NCBI GenBank assembly: GCA_038326735.1
Contig: JBBQKH010000004.1
Coordinates: 6,696 to 70,695, forward strand
From: Cyanobacteriota bacterium
GTDB lineage: Bacteria; Cyanobacteriota; Cyanobacteriia; JARCMD01
Direction of reading: 5' to 3'
Length of the DNA stretch: 64,000 nucleotides
The notes below the pieces were generated by a model. The model searched no databases and was not told the DNA's origin. It saw only the letters and a list, made by a program, of their open reading frames with translations. Below are positions 46,514 to 57,169 of the stretch, in pieces (within the stretch, counting starts at the first letter, position 1; the number at the start of each line of letters is the position of its first letter). Both the position numbers and the translations under genes were made by a program.

Positions 46514-47671
46514 CTAACCTGACAGAATTTCTGCTAATCCTGCGAGTAGCCTTTGGTTCTCGGCTGCTGTCCGCACAGCCACCCGAAAATGTCGATCGCC
46601 CAACTCTGGGAAACTGAGGCAATCTCGGATCAAGATCCGATGCTGCTGAAGCAGACGTAATTGAATTTCAGTCGCAGAGGAACTGGATTGAACCAGTAAA
46701 AAGTTAGCAGCCCCAGCGTAAGGCTGCAACCCCGGCAACTCCGCCAGGCTTTGCTGAAATGGGGGGCGAGTCGCCGCTAGCCATGCCCAGGTTTGGTGCT
46801 GAAATGCCTCATCTTGCACTACTGCCTGAGCCGCAGCACTGGCCAAGGTACTGACGCTCCAAGGATCGCGCCATTGTTGCCACTGTCGTAGCCGATCGGG
46901 ATGGGCCACGGCGTACCCAATGCGTAGCCCCGGCAAGCTATAAAACTTGGTGAGCGATCGTAAAACCACCAGATTGGGATACTCCTGCACCCACGGGATC
47001 ACGCTTTGCCCCTCGCCAGGGGGCAAAAAATCCATGAAGGCTTCATCAACTACAACCAGGGCAAATTGTGCCAAGTAGGGCAGTAGATCTTCCTTGGTGA
47101 ATAAACAGCCTGTGGGATTGTGGGGATTGTTCAGCAGCAAGCCACAGTCTTTTATGGGCATGTTTGCCAGACTGGAGTTTGCCAGACTAGAGGCACGAGT
47201 GAGCCAATCTCGCCCCACTAAACAAGAGGACTGCACCGAGTCCATTTCAGGAAAAGGACAGCCAATAACCTTTCCGCCAAAAGCTTTGAGCGATCGAAAA
47301 TAATCGCCAAAGGCAGGGGTCAGGAGGTAGGTTGCCTTCAGCTGCGCCAGTTCCCGCCCTGCCCAGGTTAGCAACTCAGCAGAGCCATTCCCTGGCAAAA
47401 TCCAATCGGCTGATATCTGATGGAACTGTCCCAGGGCTAAGCGCAGGTCGGTGTAGTCCGGGTCTGGATAGGCGGTTAGGTCGCCCAAGTGATGCTGAAT
47501 TGCATCGATCGCGCTTTTGGGTGGCCCAAGGGGACTAATACTGGCAGAAAAATCCAAAACAAAAGAAGGGGAACAACCTGCTAGAGCCGCTGCCCAAGCT
47601 AGGTTTCCCCCATGTATCGGTTGAGATAATGATTGAGCCATGGTGATTCGACTCAAAGGAATTCGACTCAA
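46514..47671 (-). CDS. cobD: Threonine-phosphate decarboxylase (class I/II aminotransferase fold)
   Basis: HGGNL..A, NPHNPTG and SLTKFYSLPGLRIGY. An alternative start lies at 47641. Confidence 0.72.
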   Translation of the reverse strand: MSRIPLSRITMAQSLSQPIHGGNLAWAAALAGCSPSFVLDFSASISPLGPPKSAIDAIQHHLGDLTAYPDPDYTDLRLALGQFHQISADWILPGNGSAELLTWAGRELAQLKATYLLTPAFGDYFRSLKAFGGKVIGCPFPEMDSVQSSCLVGRDWLTRASSLANSSLANMPIKDCGLLLNNPHNPTGCLFTKEDLLPYLAQFALVVVDEAFMDFLPPGEGQSVIPWVQEYPNLVVLRSLTKFYSLPGLRIGYAVAHPDRLRQWQQWRDPWSVSTLASAAAQAVVQDEAFQHQTWAWLAATRPPFQQSLAELPGLQPYAGAANFLLVQSSSSATEIQLRLLQQHRILIRDCLSFPELGDRHFRVAVRTAAENQRLLAGLAEILSG

Positions 47672-47677
47672 ACGGAT

Positions 47678-48004
47678 CTATTTCTTTTCTTTCTTGCTAT
47701 CTTCAATCTTTTTCTTGATCGTATCGATTTTCTCGCCGACTTGCTCTTTGAAAGACTTACCCGCAGAAAATGCAGGGACGACAGTCTCTGGAATTTTCAT
47801 GGTTTGAGTAGTCTTCGGATTACGACCATCACGTTCCTTCCGCAAACGAGCCTCAAAAGACCCAAAACCGACCAACGTCACCTTATCTGCGGCAGAAACA
47901 GCTTCGATAATGGTTTCTAAAGCCGCAGTCAACACTGCGTCTGCTTGCTTTTTCGTAACATTAGCCTTCTCAGCAACTGCATCCACCAGTTCGCCCTTGT
48001 TCAT
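47678..48004 (-). CDS. hupB: HU-family DNA-binding protein with a Lys-rich C-terminal tail
   Basis: MNKGELVDAVA..GFGSFE..R..R.GRNP.T. Confidence 0.9.
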   Translation of the reverse strand: MNKGELVDAVAEKANVTKKQADAVLTAALETIIEAVSAADKVTLVGFGSFEARLRKERDGRNPKTTQTMKIPETVVPAFSAGKSFKEQVGEKIDTIKKKIEDSKKEKK

Positions 48005-48305
48005 GTAACTCTCCTTTGGTTAGTCATGGATACTGGAACATTGTTCTAAAACCTCAAATTTGAGGTCTAACGTGTCATTTTGAAAGGCAATTTACCCAAA
48101 ATGGCTAAAACTCTCGCCAAGCTGGACTTTCAATGCTTCATTCTAAGGGGTAGCTGCTCTATATAGATCGATGAAACCTTTAAGATATATGGATTTCAGG
48201 ATTTTCAGGCTAATTTTCCCAAAAATTTGTACCGTTTCCCTCAAATTAGGGCCGGAGCCGGGTTGGAACCGGCACAAATTACATCGAAGTCCGTAGGGGC
48301 GATCG

Positions 48306-50684
48306 TTATCGACCCTGAGTATTAGATCCACCCCGGCGTAGAATCTGCCGCGCTTCTGGCCCTGGCGTGTAGCTGTAGCCCATAACAGACTGATCAGAGT
48401 CATCCAGGATTTGGGGAGTCAACAACACAATCACTTCTGCCCGTTGATCCGATCGCGAGGTGCTTCTAAACAACGCCCCAATCAGTGGCAAGTCACCAAG
48501 AATAGGAATCTTGCTGACCTGAGTCCGCTCCTGCTCCTGAATGATGCCAGAGAGAATGAGCGTTTGCCCGTCGCGCAGGCGAATTGTACCAGACGACAGC
48601 GATCGCGTGGCTAGGAGGGCAATTTGTGTTGTTCCAAAGGTTTGAGTATTGGCGACAGCAGTCACTCTAGGTGCCACAGACAGCGTGACGAACCCATTGT
48701 CATCAATCCGCTCCACATTCACAGCCAAGGTCAGACCAGCAGGTTGAATATTAGCCGTTTGCGTAATCACAGGCGGCGTACTGGTACTGGTTTGAGTCGT
48801 GACATTGGCCACCACATCCTGGGTCAGGTTCACACTGGCTGCTTGCCCTTCTTGTACCACCAGTGTGGGATCAGTCAGGATCTTGGCATTTCCTGCGATA
48901 ACTTGAGCCTGAAGAGAAACCAACAACCGACTGGGAAACTGGAACAAAGCAGGCAGAGCAAAGGTTGCTGTGGCTGGAGTCGTCGTAACGATCGGCGTAC
49001 CATTGTTGAAGGTTACTGTGCCTGTCTCAGGGGTAAAGTTTGTAATGATGGGCTGGGTCGGATCGCCACTCGATGAAAGCGGAGCACCGGGGCGGGGAAA
49101 CGTTGACCCTTGAATATTGAACGTATCGGTTGCACTGATGCTGGGAGTCCCAGTAATTGGGTTAGTAATAATCGGCTGGCTATTCAGCCCTGATGCTTCA
49201 GTAGCGGTTGGCGGGCGAAAAGAACCAAAGTTGATCGAGGTCGCTCCCCCGTCACTGGTCACATAGGTATCATTAATCCCAAAGCCAATTGATCCTCTGA
49301 AGCTGTCTGTCCCCGTAAGGTTGACATCAATAATTTTGACATTAACCGCTACCTGACGGCGACGCAGGTCGAGTTGCAACAGTTGGGAGGAGGCAACTTC
49401 CACCAATCGTCTAGGGCCAACTAGCGTCACAGAGTTCGTCCGGGTATCCACTAAAACTTGCAACCCTCGTAACAGAGGCACAGAAAAAGTTGGACTAATG
49501 CTGAGCGTATTTACCACAGTCTGATTCGTGGTGCTGGTTTGGGTAATCGGGGTTGTAGAACCGGGAACGGCTACGGCTGTGACGGTTGTAACAGGTTGGG
49601 TCTGAGTAATGGCACTTTCAGCCCCCATGCTGACCAGGAACCCCGATGCTTGCTCGGCTGCCACTTGGTTTAAGCGAAAGGAGCGAATCACCAGATCCTG
49701 GGCAGCGTTGGGCAAGCGGGAGCCAACAAAAATTGTGCGCCCCACGCGGTTGGCTTGCAAGTTGCTGAGCCGCAACACGTAGTTAAACACATCCTGAACC
49801 GACTCATTTTCAATATCTAAGGAAATAGTCGGGCCCGTGGCGGTAGCACCGGGCTGGGCAGCGGGTTGCCCTGGCTGCCCTCCAGCATCGGTGGTAAAGG
49901 CCAAGTTTAATCCGGCGGCGCGGGCCAAGAGGGCCAGCACTTCCCGTGCTGGGGCATCTCGTAACACTAGGCGGGGAACGCGCTCGGCACTACCCAAGTC
50001 AATGGCGCTAGCCGAAGCATCAATATTAGAAATGGCGATATCTCCCACAGGTGGTGCAGCAGCCCGGCGCAGGAAGGCAGGGGCAACATTTGCCTGCTGG
50101 GGGGGGGTTGCGGGTACGCCATCAATGATTACTTTGGGATCAGGCACTAGAACATTGGGACGCTGGGATGGAGCAGGAGCCTGAGCCACCGGAATTGGGG
50201 CGATCGTCCCTCCTGATGGGGCTGCTGGAGCTTGAGCGGCCCCTTGACCTGCTTGAGAACGATTGAGGCTAATCAGCAGTCCGTTAGAACCGCGACGGGC
50301 AGCGACTCCTGTGGGGGAGCCATTTTGACCAGTGACCACAACCCGCACTGTATTCTTGCTCAAAGGAATCACAACCACTGAGCTAATTCCAGGGGCTGGG
50401 TTATCCTGACGGAAACTACTGCCTGTGGGAAGCCGCAATTGGGTGTTGATGATGTCTGCCATCCAGGTTTTGCCCTGGCTGACTGTAAAGATCTGCGGGC
50501 GGTTGCCGCTCTTGGTCTCCAAAGCCACATTTACACCACTACCTGTCTCCTGAACCTTAATATTGGTGACCTGGGTTGATGCCGCCAACGTTGGTTGGGC
50601 AACCAGCACCACGGCTGCGCCCACTAATGCGGCTCCCATTGATAAAGTGCCACTACCAAATCCTAACGATCGTCTCATTGTCAT
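48306..50684 (-). CDS. pilQ: Type IV pilus secretin
   Basis: Signal peptide, AMIN-like N-terminal repeats and a C-terminal secretin motif (SKIPILGDLPLIGALFR). Confidence 0.85.
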   Translation of the reverse strand: MTMRRSLGFGSGTLSMGAALVGAAVVLVAQPTLAASTQVTNIKVQETGSGVNVALETKSGNRPQIFTVSQGKTWMADIINTQLRLPTGSSFRQDNPAPGISSVVVIPLSKNTVRVVVTGQNGSPTGVAARRGSNGLLISLNRSQAGQGAAQAPAAPSGGTIAPIPVAQAPAPSQRPNVLVPDPKVIIDGVPATPPQQANVAPAFLRRAAAPPVGDIAISNIDASASAIDLGSAERVPRLVLRDAPAREVLALLARAAGLNLAFTTDAGGQPGQPAAQPGATATGPTISLDIENESVQDVFNYVLRLSNLQANRVGRTIFVGSRLPNAAQDLVIRSFRLNQVAAEQASGFLVSMGAESAITQTQPVTTVTAVAVPGSTTPITQTSTTNQTVVNTLSISPTFSVPLLRGLQVLVDTRTNSVTLVGPRRLVEVASSQLLQLDLRRRQVAVNVKIIDVNLTGTDSFRGSIGFGINDTYVTSDGGATSINFGSFRPPTATEASGLNSQPIITNPITGTPSISATDTFNIQGSTFPRPGAPLSSSGDPTQPIITNFTPETGTVTFNNGTPIVTTTPATATFALPALFQFPSRLLVSLQAQVIAGNAKILTDPTLVVQEGQAASVNLTQDVVANVTTQTSTSTPPVITQTANIQPAGLTLAVNVERIDDNGFVTLSVAPRVTAVANTQTFGTTQIALLATRSLSSGTIRLRDGQTLILSGIIQEQERTQVSKIPILGDLPLIGALFRSTSRSDQRAEVIVLLTPQILDDSDQSVMGYSYTPGPEARQILRRGGSNTQGR

Positions 50685-50772
50685 CTCCTCACAAAAAATT
50701 AAATCTCACAATTGATTGCCCATCACTCTCGATGCTCTGAACCTGCTTTGTCTCAGCCGATCGCCTCTCACC

Positions 50773-51540
50773 CTATTTCTTAGGAGGAGGGGCAGCTAAT
50801 GCCGCAGGGGGAGGGGCGACCAAGGCCGCCGACTCCTCTGGGGTCAAAGGAAAAAGTGCTTGAAGCTTAAAGGATGTTTTAAGCTGGTTATCCGGTTCGC
50901 CAGTATTTCCACCACTTACAACTTTGCCCTGAGAATTAACCGTAATCTTTTGCGTAGTACGGTCTAGCTGGGATTTAAAGCCTTTCACCACGATTAAGGG
51001 TTGGAGCTGCTCAATACTTCTTAAAATGCCTTGAGTTTGCGTAAACGTGCCCACCATATTGATTGTGATTTCCTTGCGCTTTAACTTGCCATTCACAGCG
51101 GGCCCCAAGGAGCTGTCATTCACAACAACTGTGGGCTGAGGATCGGGGGTAAAGCTACTGAGGGTGGCTCTGCGTTTCGTAAATTCTCGATTCAAGTCCA
51201 GCAGCAGCGTGTTGAGGGTAGTTTCAGAGGAAAACAGGGTCAACACATCGTCCCTCCGCTTAGTAGCTGCCTCAAGGTCTGTCTGAGCTTGCTTGAGCTT
51301 TTGCCGATTTTGCTCCTTCGTTTTCACTTGATTTTGCAAATCCGTTACCTCACCCTGTAAAGTCGCAACCTCGTCGTTCTTAGGCACTACAACTTGCAGC
51401 ACCAAAAATATGGTTGCGCCTAGACCTGCCAGAGCCAACAAAACACCAATAATAAGGGGGGTGAAGGTGATGCCAAAGATCACCGGGTAGGATGGGGCGG
51501 CACCATAGTCTTGCCCTTCTCCGTAATCTCCACTGGTCAT
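50773..51540 (-). CDS. pilO: Type IV pilus assembly protein PilO-like
   Basis: Single TM plus coiled coil, positioned between pilN and pilQ. Confidence 0.62.
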   Translation of the reverse strand: MTSGDYGEGQDYGAAPSYPVIFGITFTPLIIGVLLALAGLGATIFLVLQVVVPKNDEVATLQGEVTDLQNQVKTKEQNRQKLKQAQTDLEAATKRRDDVLTLFSSETTLNTLLLDLNREFTKRRATLSSFTPDPQPTVVVNDSSLGPAVNGKLKRKEITINMVGTFTQTQGILRSIEQLQPLIVVKGFKSQLDRTTQKITVNSQGKVVSGGNTGEPDNQLKTSFKLQALFPLTPEESAALVAPPPAALAAPPPKK

Positions 51541-52325
51541 TGAATGACTCCTTTTGATTGCAACGTTCTAATACGAGTGACCAATCCTACGGCTCCTTTG
51601 CGATCCAATTCGCGGATCAATTCAGATGCGGGGATGTCGCTGAGGTTGGTCTGGATCTTGTAGGCAACAATTTGAGGCAACTTGACCTGCACCGCGTTAG
51701 CTGCATTACCAGGAGCGCCAGTCTGAACTGTGATTTGGGTTGGGTTATCCCGCAATTGAGCGCTGACCAGTTGAGTTTGTTCAGCAATTAAAAATCTAGA
51801 CCTTTGAAGTGTCAGAAGGAAATCGTTTACATCGTTAAAAGATTTGGCAATTCCAGAAATTTCCAACTTGGCCGTTGGCTTAGTGCCTTTAGGAGTGGCA
51901 GCGGTCGCAGGAGGAGCATCCGTCTGGGTAATATCTTCCACCTGCACTCCAGAGGGAATCCGATCGCGAATATCTTGCAGCATGGCTGACCACGGCTTGA
52001 TTTCGTTAAAGACCCCGGCTAGGGCACCTGTTTCAGCTTTAACCTGCTCAGTTTGCGTCGTGAGTTTGGTGATCTGAGCTTCTAGGGCTGTCAGGGTTCC
52101 CAAGTTAGCCTTCAACCCATCACGCTCAGCAGTTAACCTTGTACTTTGGCTATTCAAATACAGCCAAGCCCCCCCTGCCAAGGCTGGCAGTAACAGCCCC
52201 ACCAAAAGTCCCGCGATCGCTGGAGCATAGCTGCCTGAGGGAGCGCTTTGTTGTTGCCTGACTGCACCCGCATCAGGACGGGCACCGGCCCGATCGTTTA
52301 AAAAGTTAATGTCAAGACTGTACAT
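51537..52325 (-). CDS. pilN: Type IV pilus assembly protein PilN-like
   Basis: The N-terminal INFLNDR motif, TM and coiled coil are typical of PilN. It overlaps pilO by 4 nt. Confidence 0.68.
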   Translation of the reverse strand: MYSLDINFLNDRAGARPDAGAVRQQQSAPSGSYAPAIAGLLVGLLLPALAGGAWLYLNSQSTRLTAERDGLKANLGTLTALEAQITKLTTQTEQVKAETGALAGVFNEIKPWSAMLQDIRDRIPSGVQVEDITQTDAPPATAATPKGTKPTAKLEISGIAKSFNDVNDFLLTLQRSRFLIAEQTQLVSAQLRDNPTQITVQTGAPGNAANAVQVKLPQIVAYKIQTNLSDIPASELIRELDRKGAVGLVTRIRTLQSKGVIQ

Positions 52326-52327
52326 GG

Positions 52328-53434
52328 TTAAACCTCCCGCAATCCTAAACCCAGGACAATCCCCAATCCGGGTCGCTGAATTGGGGGAATTTCTTGGTCA
52401 ATTTCCAACGATAGGGATGCGATCGGGTCAATTTGACTCGTTGGCAAACTCAACCGCTGGGTGAAGAACTCATCCAATTGTCCCAAGCCAGCACCCGGCC
52501 CGGCCAGAAGCAACTGAGCTACCTCTTGGTTCTCCCCTTGATTCAGATAAAAGTCGATCGATCGGCGTAGTTCGTCCGCCAGTTCTCCCAGAATCCTGAG
52601 CATGGCGGCGGAACCAGGATTGGTGCCACCCATTTTGGTGGTGCCGCCCATGGTGTCAGCGGGCATGACTGGAATGGTCATCCCTTGAAGTAAATCCGTG
52701 TTGCGGGAGGGCGGCAGGTTCATGGCGCGACTGAGGGCGCTCTGAATCTGGTAGGTGCCAATGGGAACAGTGCGAGAGAACTGAGGTATTCCATCCACCA
52801 CGATCGAAATCTCGGTACTCTCAAACTCAATGTCGGCGATCGCAGCGGCTTCCTGGGAGGCGAATTGCTGCAACTGCGATCGAATCGTGCGAATGAGGGA
52901 AAAGCTACTCACTTCCAATACATCGATTTGCAGTCCAGCTTGTTGAAAGGTGCTGAGGTAGGTGTCTGTCACTTCCTTGCGCGTTGCCACCAATAGCACC
53001 TGATGTTTTTCAATCCCATCTTCATCCACAAAGGTGCCGAGTTTCTGATAATCCACATCAGCTTCTTCCCTCGGAAAGGTGAGATACAACCCCGCCTCTT
53101 GATTTAGCACCATGTCACGAAGTTCGCGATCGTCCAACTCTGCTGGCACTGGGATTAAACGAGTCACCGCTTCTCGCCCTGGAATCGCTGTTGCTGCCCG
53201 CTTCGACTTAATCTTGCCTTCGCTTAACGCTTGCTGAATCAACCCAGCCATCGCAGTTGGATCAGCAATTTGTCCCTCTTGCACCAGCCCTTCCGGTACA
53301 TCAACTGAATTGAGAGTGACTAACTTAAACCCTTGCCCCTGCTTGCGAATCTGGGCAACGTTCACCTTTTCTGGAGTTAGTTCAATGCCAACCCCCTTTG
53401 TCCCCTTTGAAAATAAACTCGTTAAAGCGTTCAC
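52328..53434 (-). CDS. pilM: Type IV pilus assembly ATPase-fold protein PilM
   Basis: Actin-like fold pattern (VGIELT..VNVAQI, LLAGPGAGL). It is the first gene of pilMNOQ. Confidence 0.83.
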   Translation of the reverse strand: MNALTSLFSKGTKGVGIELTPEKVNVAQIRKQGQGFKLVTLNSVDVPEGLVQEGQIADPTAMAGLIQQALSEGKIKSKRAATAIPGREAVTRLIPVPAELDDRELRDMVLNQEAGLYLTFPREEADVDYQKLGTFVDEDGIEKHQVLLVATRKEVTDTYLSTFQQAGLQIDVLEVSSFSLIRTIRSQLQQFASQEAAAIADIEFESTEISIVVDGIPQFSRTVPIGTYQIQSALSRAMNLPPSRNTDLLQGMTIPVMPADTMGGTTKMGGTNPGSAAMLRILGELADELRRSIDFYLNQGENQEVAQLLLAGPGAGLGQLDEFFTQRLSLPTSQIDPIASLSLEIDQEIPPIQRPGLGIVLGLGLREV

Positions 53435-54473
53435 TGCGTTTACCTAATAATTCGTGAAGTTTAAGGTGAAAGACCCAATCAGTTGGCGACCCTTACGGCT
53501 GTATGTGATGGATGACGATTTATGGTAGCTAATTTAATTCAAATTCACCACTTATTTGGAAAGATACAAACTTTAAATGTAAAAAGAGTTTACGTTAGCT
53601 CTAAAAGGATATCCTTCAACCGTTTCAAACTGTGTTTTTAGATGGCAATTTAGTCCGTAATTGAGTAAGCAAAGATAGCTTGTGAGTTATTGAGTGTGAT
53701 AGTGATTCCTGTTAGAGAACCTCCTAAAGAAGTGAAAGGATAATTTTTGTTCGTTAATGCTACAAAATTTATAATCTGTTAGTTAGCAGCAGGATTAAAT
53801 TCAGAACTTCTGTTAAGGCTAAATGATAGAATTAATCAAATTTTGAATAAAGAGAAGTCAGTTCACATTGGAATTAAAGTTTGGTCTGTTACCAAATTGC
53901 CATGCGTCAGAAAGGAAATTACTCAATAGTTCTGGCACTAAGTATCAGAATCATTAAACCCCTATCCCTGAAGTAAGGAGACAAAAAGTCACAAGCCAGA
54001 ATTAAGGAGCGGCGATCGATTTCAACCCAGCTAAACTGCTAAGGAGCAACCACAAAAACTCCACTGATGTATGGACTTGTTTCCCAACTGACCAGTGACA
54101 CGCCTTGATATTACACACAATTTAAAGAATTGAGTATAAATCTGAGAAAATTCCTACTTCTATTAGTGGCTCTAGCGTTTAACGCCCCTGACTTACGATC
54201 GTGAATTAGAAAAACTGGTGTCAGAACCCAGGCGATCGGTCACAAATGTTTTTGTTGACAGACAAGGTAATTTGTTTAGTGGGCAAATCTATCTCTCGCA
54301 GGAAGATTACTTTTAATCAATGTTATCCATACAGTAATTTCCTTTTTGATCCGACAGATTGCTCAATTAGAAATACTAAGGGTACGACACGCAGGGCGCA
54401 CAGCCCCAACCAACCGCATTTCATTTCCAAACCTTACTGATAAAGAGCAGTGCTAGGGGTTACAAGTTAAGAT

Positions 54474-55433
54474 TTGACTGGGATGAATCATGCCGCACCT
54501 ATTAGTGGGTTGCGCGGCACCGATCGCCCCCCATCCCTTGTCCCGACTCCTTCTTCTAGACATAACCTAATGCTGCACCGCACCGCTCAAAGCTTTGCTC
54601 AGACTGTAAACCCCCATCGTAAGGCTCGTCTCATTCAAACCAGTTCTAGATCTGCTTCTGCTTTTATGGCCCCATTGTTGAGCCTGTTGCTTTGGGGTGG
54701 GGTGAGCCTGCGTCCAGTGCCGGTGCAAGCAGAGACCCCAGAAACGGTTCCGGCTCAAGTGAAGGCGACGATCGCTCAAATTGATGCAGCAGCCAGCAGC
54801 CGTAATTTGGAAGCGGTTCTCCAGTTCTATAGCCCCACCTTCACCCACTCCGATGGATTGACGATCCAAAGTTTGCAGCAATCCCTAACGCAACTTTGGA
54901 AACGCTACCCCAAGTTGACCTATCGCACCGAACTTAAATCGTGGAAGCCTGATGGAAGTGCAATTGTGGTCGAAACGGTGACCACTATTAATGGAGTGCA
55001 GATGGTAGAGGGCAAAGATACAACCCTCACCTCTACACTTCGCTCTGAGCAGCGGTTTGAAGGACAAAAGATCGTCCGGCAGAATGTTTTGGCAGAACGA
55101 ACCTTGGTCACATCGGGAGCCAAACCCCCAACCGTAGAATTATTTTTGCCAGAACAGGTGAATGTTGGACAACCCTATAGCTTTGATGCGATCGTCAAAG
55201 AACCACTGGGCAATAGCCTCCTGTTGGGTGCTGCTGTGGAAGAACCTATTCGTGTCAATAGCTATCTCAATCCAGCCTCGGTGAACCTGGAATTGCTTCC
55301 CGCTGGGGGATTATTCAAAGTGGGACGGGCCCCCAGCACGGCGGACAGTCGTTGGCTCTCAGCGATCGTAGTCCGGGCAGATGGCACGACCTTAATTACC
55401 CAGCGCTTGCGAGTCGTGGAGCCAGGTCGGTAA
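54474..55433 (+). CDS. Secreted NTF2-like (SnoaL/DUF4440-type) domain protein
   Basis: IAQIDAAASSRNLEAVLQFYSPTFTHSDG is NTF2-like. The start is uncertain: TTG at 54474, ATG at 54483, or ATG at 54666, which gives the signal-like MAPLLSLLLWGG..VQA. Confidence 0.45.
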   Translation: MTGMNHAAPISGLRGTDRPPSLVPTPSSRHNLMLHRTAQSFAQTVNPHRKARLIQTSSRSASAFMAPLLSLLLWGGVSLRPVPVQAETPETVPAQVKATIAQIDAAASSRNLEAVLQFYSPTFTHSDGLTIQSLQQSLTQLWKRYPKLTYRTELKSWKPDGSAIVVETVTTINGVQMVEGKDTTLTSTLRSEQRFEGQKIVRQNVLAERTLVTSGAKPPTVELFLPEQVNVGQPYSFDAIVKEPLGNSLLLGAAVEEPIRVNSYLNPASVNLELLPAGGLFKVGRAPSTADSRWLSAIVVRADGTTLITQRLRVVEPGR

Positions 55434-55439
55434 AGCACT

Positions 55440-56204
55440 ATGGCAGACTCGATCGTCTTGATCACTGGGGCTAGCAGCGGCATTGGAGCCGCCTGTGCCC
55501 GCAAATTTGCCCAGGCAGGCGCAAAGCTGGTGCTGGCGGCTCGACGACTGGAGCGCTTGCAGCAGATGGCGATGGCTTTGGAAGCTGAGTTTGGCACCCA
55601 GGCGTATTTGCTGGAAATGGATGTGCGCGATCGTTTCCAGGTGGAATCCACTCTAAATTCCCTGCCAGAACCTTGGGCAACGATCGACATCCTGATCAAC
55701 AATGCGGGGCTGAGTCGCGGACTCAACAAACTCCACGAAGGCAGCATTCAAGACTGGGAGGAAATGATCGATACGAATGTCAAGGGCTTGCTGTATGTGA
55801 CCCGATGTGTGGTGCCGGGAATGGTGAGCCGAAACCGGGGGCATGTGGTGAATTTGGGATCGATCGCCGGTCATGAAACCTATCCCAAGGGCAATGTTTA
55901 CTGTGCAACTAAAGCGGCAGTGCGGACCCTGACTGAGGGACTAAAGCAAGACCTATTGGGAACTGCGGTACGGGTAACAACGGTCGATCCGGGGCTAGTG
56001 GAAACGGAGTTTAGTGAGATCAGGTTTCGGGGCGATGGCGATCGGGCAAAACAGGTTTACCAGGGAATGACACCGCTGACACCAGAGGATGTAGCCGAGG
56101 TCATTCTGTTTGCAACCACCCGCCCTGTCCACGTTAATCTCAGTGAAATCCTCATGGTGCCCACCGACCAAGCCACTGCGACTTTGGTGCATCGCCTACC
56201 CTGA
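55440..56204 (+). CDS. Short-chain dehydrogenase/reductase (YdfG-like)
   Basis: Contains TGASSGIG, NNAG and YxxxK (YCATKAA). Confidence 0.85.
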   Translation: MADSIVLITGASSGIGAACARKFAQAGAKLVLAARRLERLQQMAMALEAEFGTQAYLLEMDVRDRFQVESTLNSLPEPWATIDILINNAGLSRGLNKLHEGSIQDWEEMIDTNVKGLLYVTRCVVPGMVSRNRGHVVNLGSIAGHETYPKGNVYCATKAAVRTLTEGLKQDLLGTAVRVTTVDPGLVETEFSEIRFRGDGDRAKQVYQGMTPLTPEDVAEVILFATTRPVHVNLSEILMVPTDQATATLVHRLP

Positions 56205-56232
56205 ACATAACCGAATCGCTGTGGAAGACACC

Positions 56233-56889
56233 ATGCCAGATATTACTCACTCAGAGCCAGCCAGAACGACACAGCTAACAGCAATTAACACGGCCAAAGC
56301 AGTCACGATCGCCCTTCTGATTACCCTGGCGATCGGGTTTGGGGTGAAAGATATGCGACAGGTGATTTACCTTTGCTTGCACATCAGTTACTGCCTGTGG
56401 TGGCTATTGGAGCAGGGAATTTATCCGCAGCGAAAGCAGCTATTCAATAAGCCTATAAGCATTATGGGCTTCATTTCTATCCTAGGGTTTGTGGGAATTT
56501 TCTATACGTTACCGGGATACTTGGCATTCACTAATCCTCTGCCTCTCTCGTTTATTGCAGTGACGATCGCCCTTCCTCTCTATACTTTCGGTAGCCTGAT
56601 CAATGCCAGCGCTGATGTACAAAAAATGACCGCAAAACAGGCAAGCATTGGGTTGGTAAGCGATGGAATTTGGCGTTTTTCTCGTAATATTAACTACTTC
56701 GGCGATCTCCTTCGGTACCTAAGTTTTGCGGTAATTTCTGGATCGCTTTGGGCGTATTTGGTACCAGGAGCCATTGCTCTCCTATACATTCAACGGCTAA
56801 CTCAAAAAGAGCAAACAATGGGTGAGAAATATCCCGGTTACACAGCCTATCAGCAATCCAGTACCCGACTCATTCCCTTCATTTGGTAA
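56233..56889 (+). CDS. DUF1295/steroid-reductase-like membrane protein
   Basis: Polytopic protein. FSRNINYFGDLLRY is typical of the family. I prefer the ATG at 56233. Confidence 0.6.
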   Translation: MPDITHSEPARTTQLTAINTAKAVTIALLITLAIGFGVKDMRQVIYLCLHISYCLWWLLEQGIYPQRKQLFNKPISIMGFISILGFVGIFYTLPGYLAFTNPLPLSFIAVTIALPLYTFGSLINASADVQKMTAKQASIGLVSDGIWRFSRNINYFGDLLRYLSFAVISGSLWAYLVPGAIALLYIQRLTQKEQTMGEKYPGYTAYQQSSTRLIPFIW

Positions 56890-56940
56890 GGGTATAACGA
56901 GCCGGTTTGATCTTGAAAAGCACACACAATCAGGTTTCAA

Positions 56941-57046
56941 GAGTTTGATCTATTCTCAACGGTTATCACTTATTGACAATTAGTAGCAAGAGCATTGGGT
57001 TTAGAATTTACATTTTTGAGAAATCAAAGATCTCTCAAAAATGTCA
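56941..57046 (+). repeat. Family F repeat, copy F1
   Basis: About 105 nt, similar to 59403-59509. Contains the hairpin tttttgagaaatc-aaa-gatctctcaaaaa. Confidence 0.65.
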
Positions 57047-57169
57047 TCGTGGTCAGCTTTTTAAGGGGAATTTGAAGGGAATCGAGAAGGTTTTGCTATT
57101 GACAGTGGGACTCTTTAAACATGCTCTCAGAGTTTCTCACGCTTACAAATGATTTAGGACTGCCATGTA

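Noticed and set aside
48143-48403. 86-aa minus ORF
   Set aside because: It overlaps the pilQ 3' end in another frame and extends into the hupB promoter region.
54246-54440. 64-aa plus ORF in the AT-rich spacer
   Set aside because: It has no ribosome-binding-like sequence, atypical composition and no motifs, so it is probably a chance frame in AT-rich DNA.
55262-55747. 161-aa minus ORF spanning the NTF2-like/SDR junction
   Set aside because: It overlaps two well-supported plus-strand genes and has no motifs.
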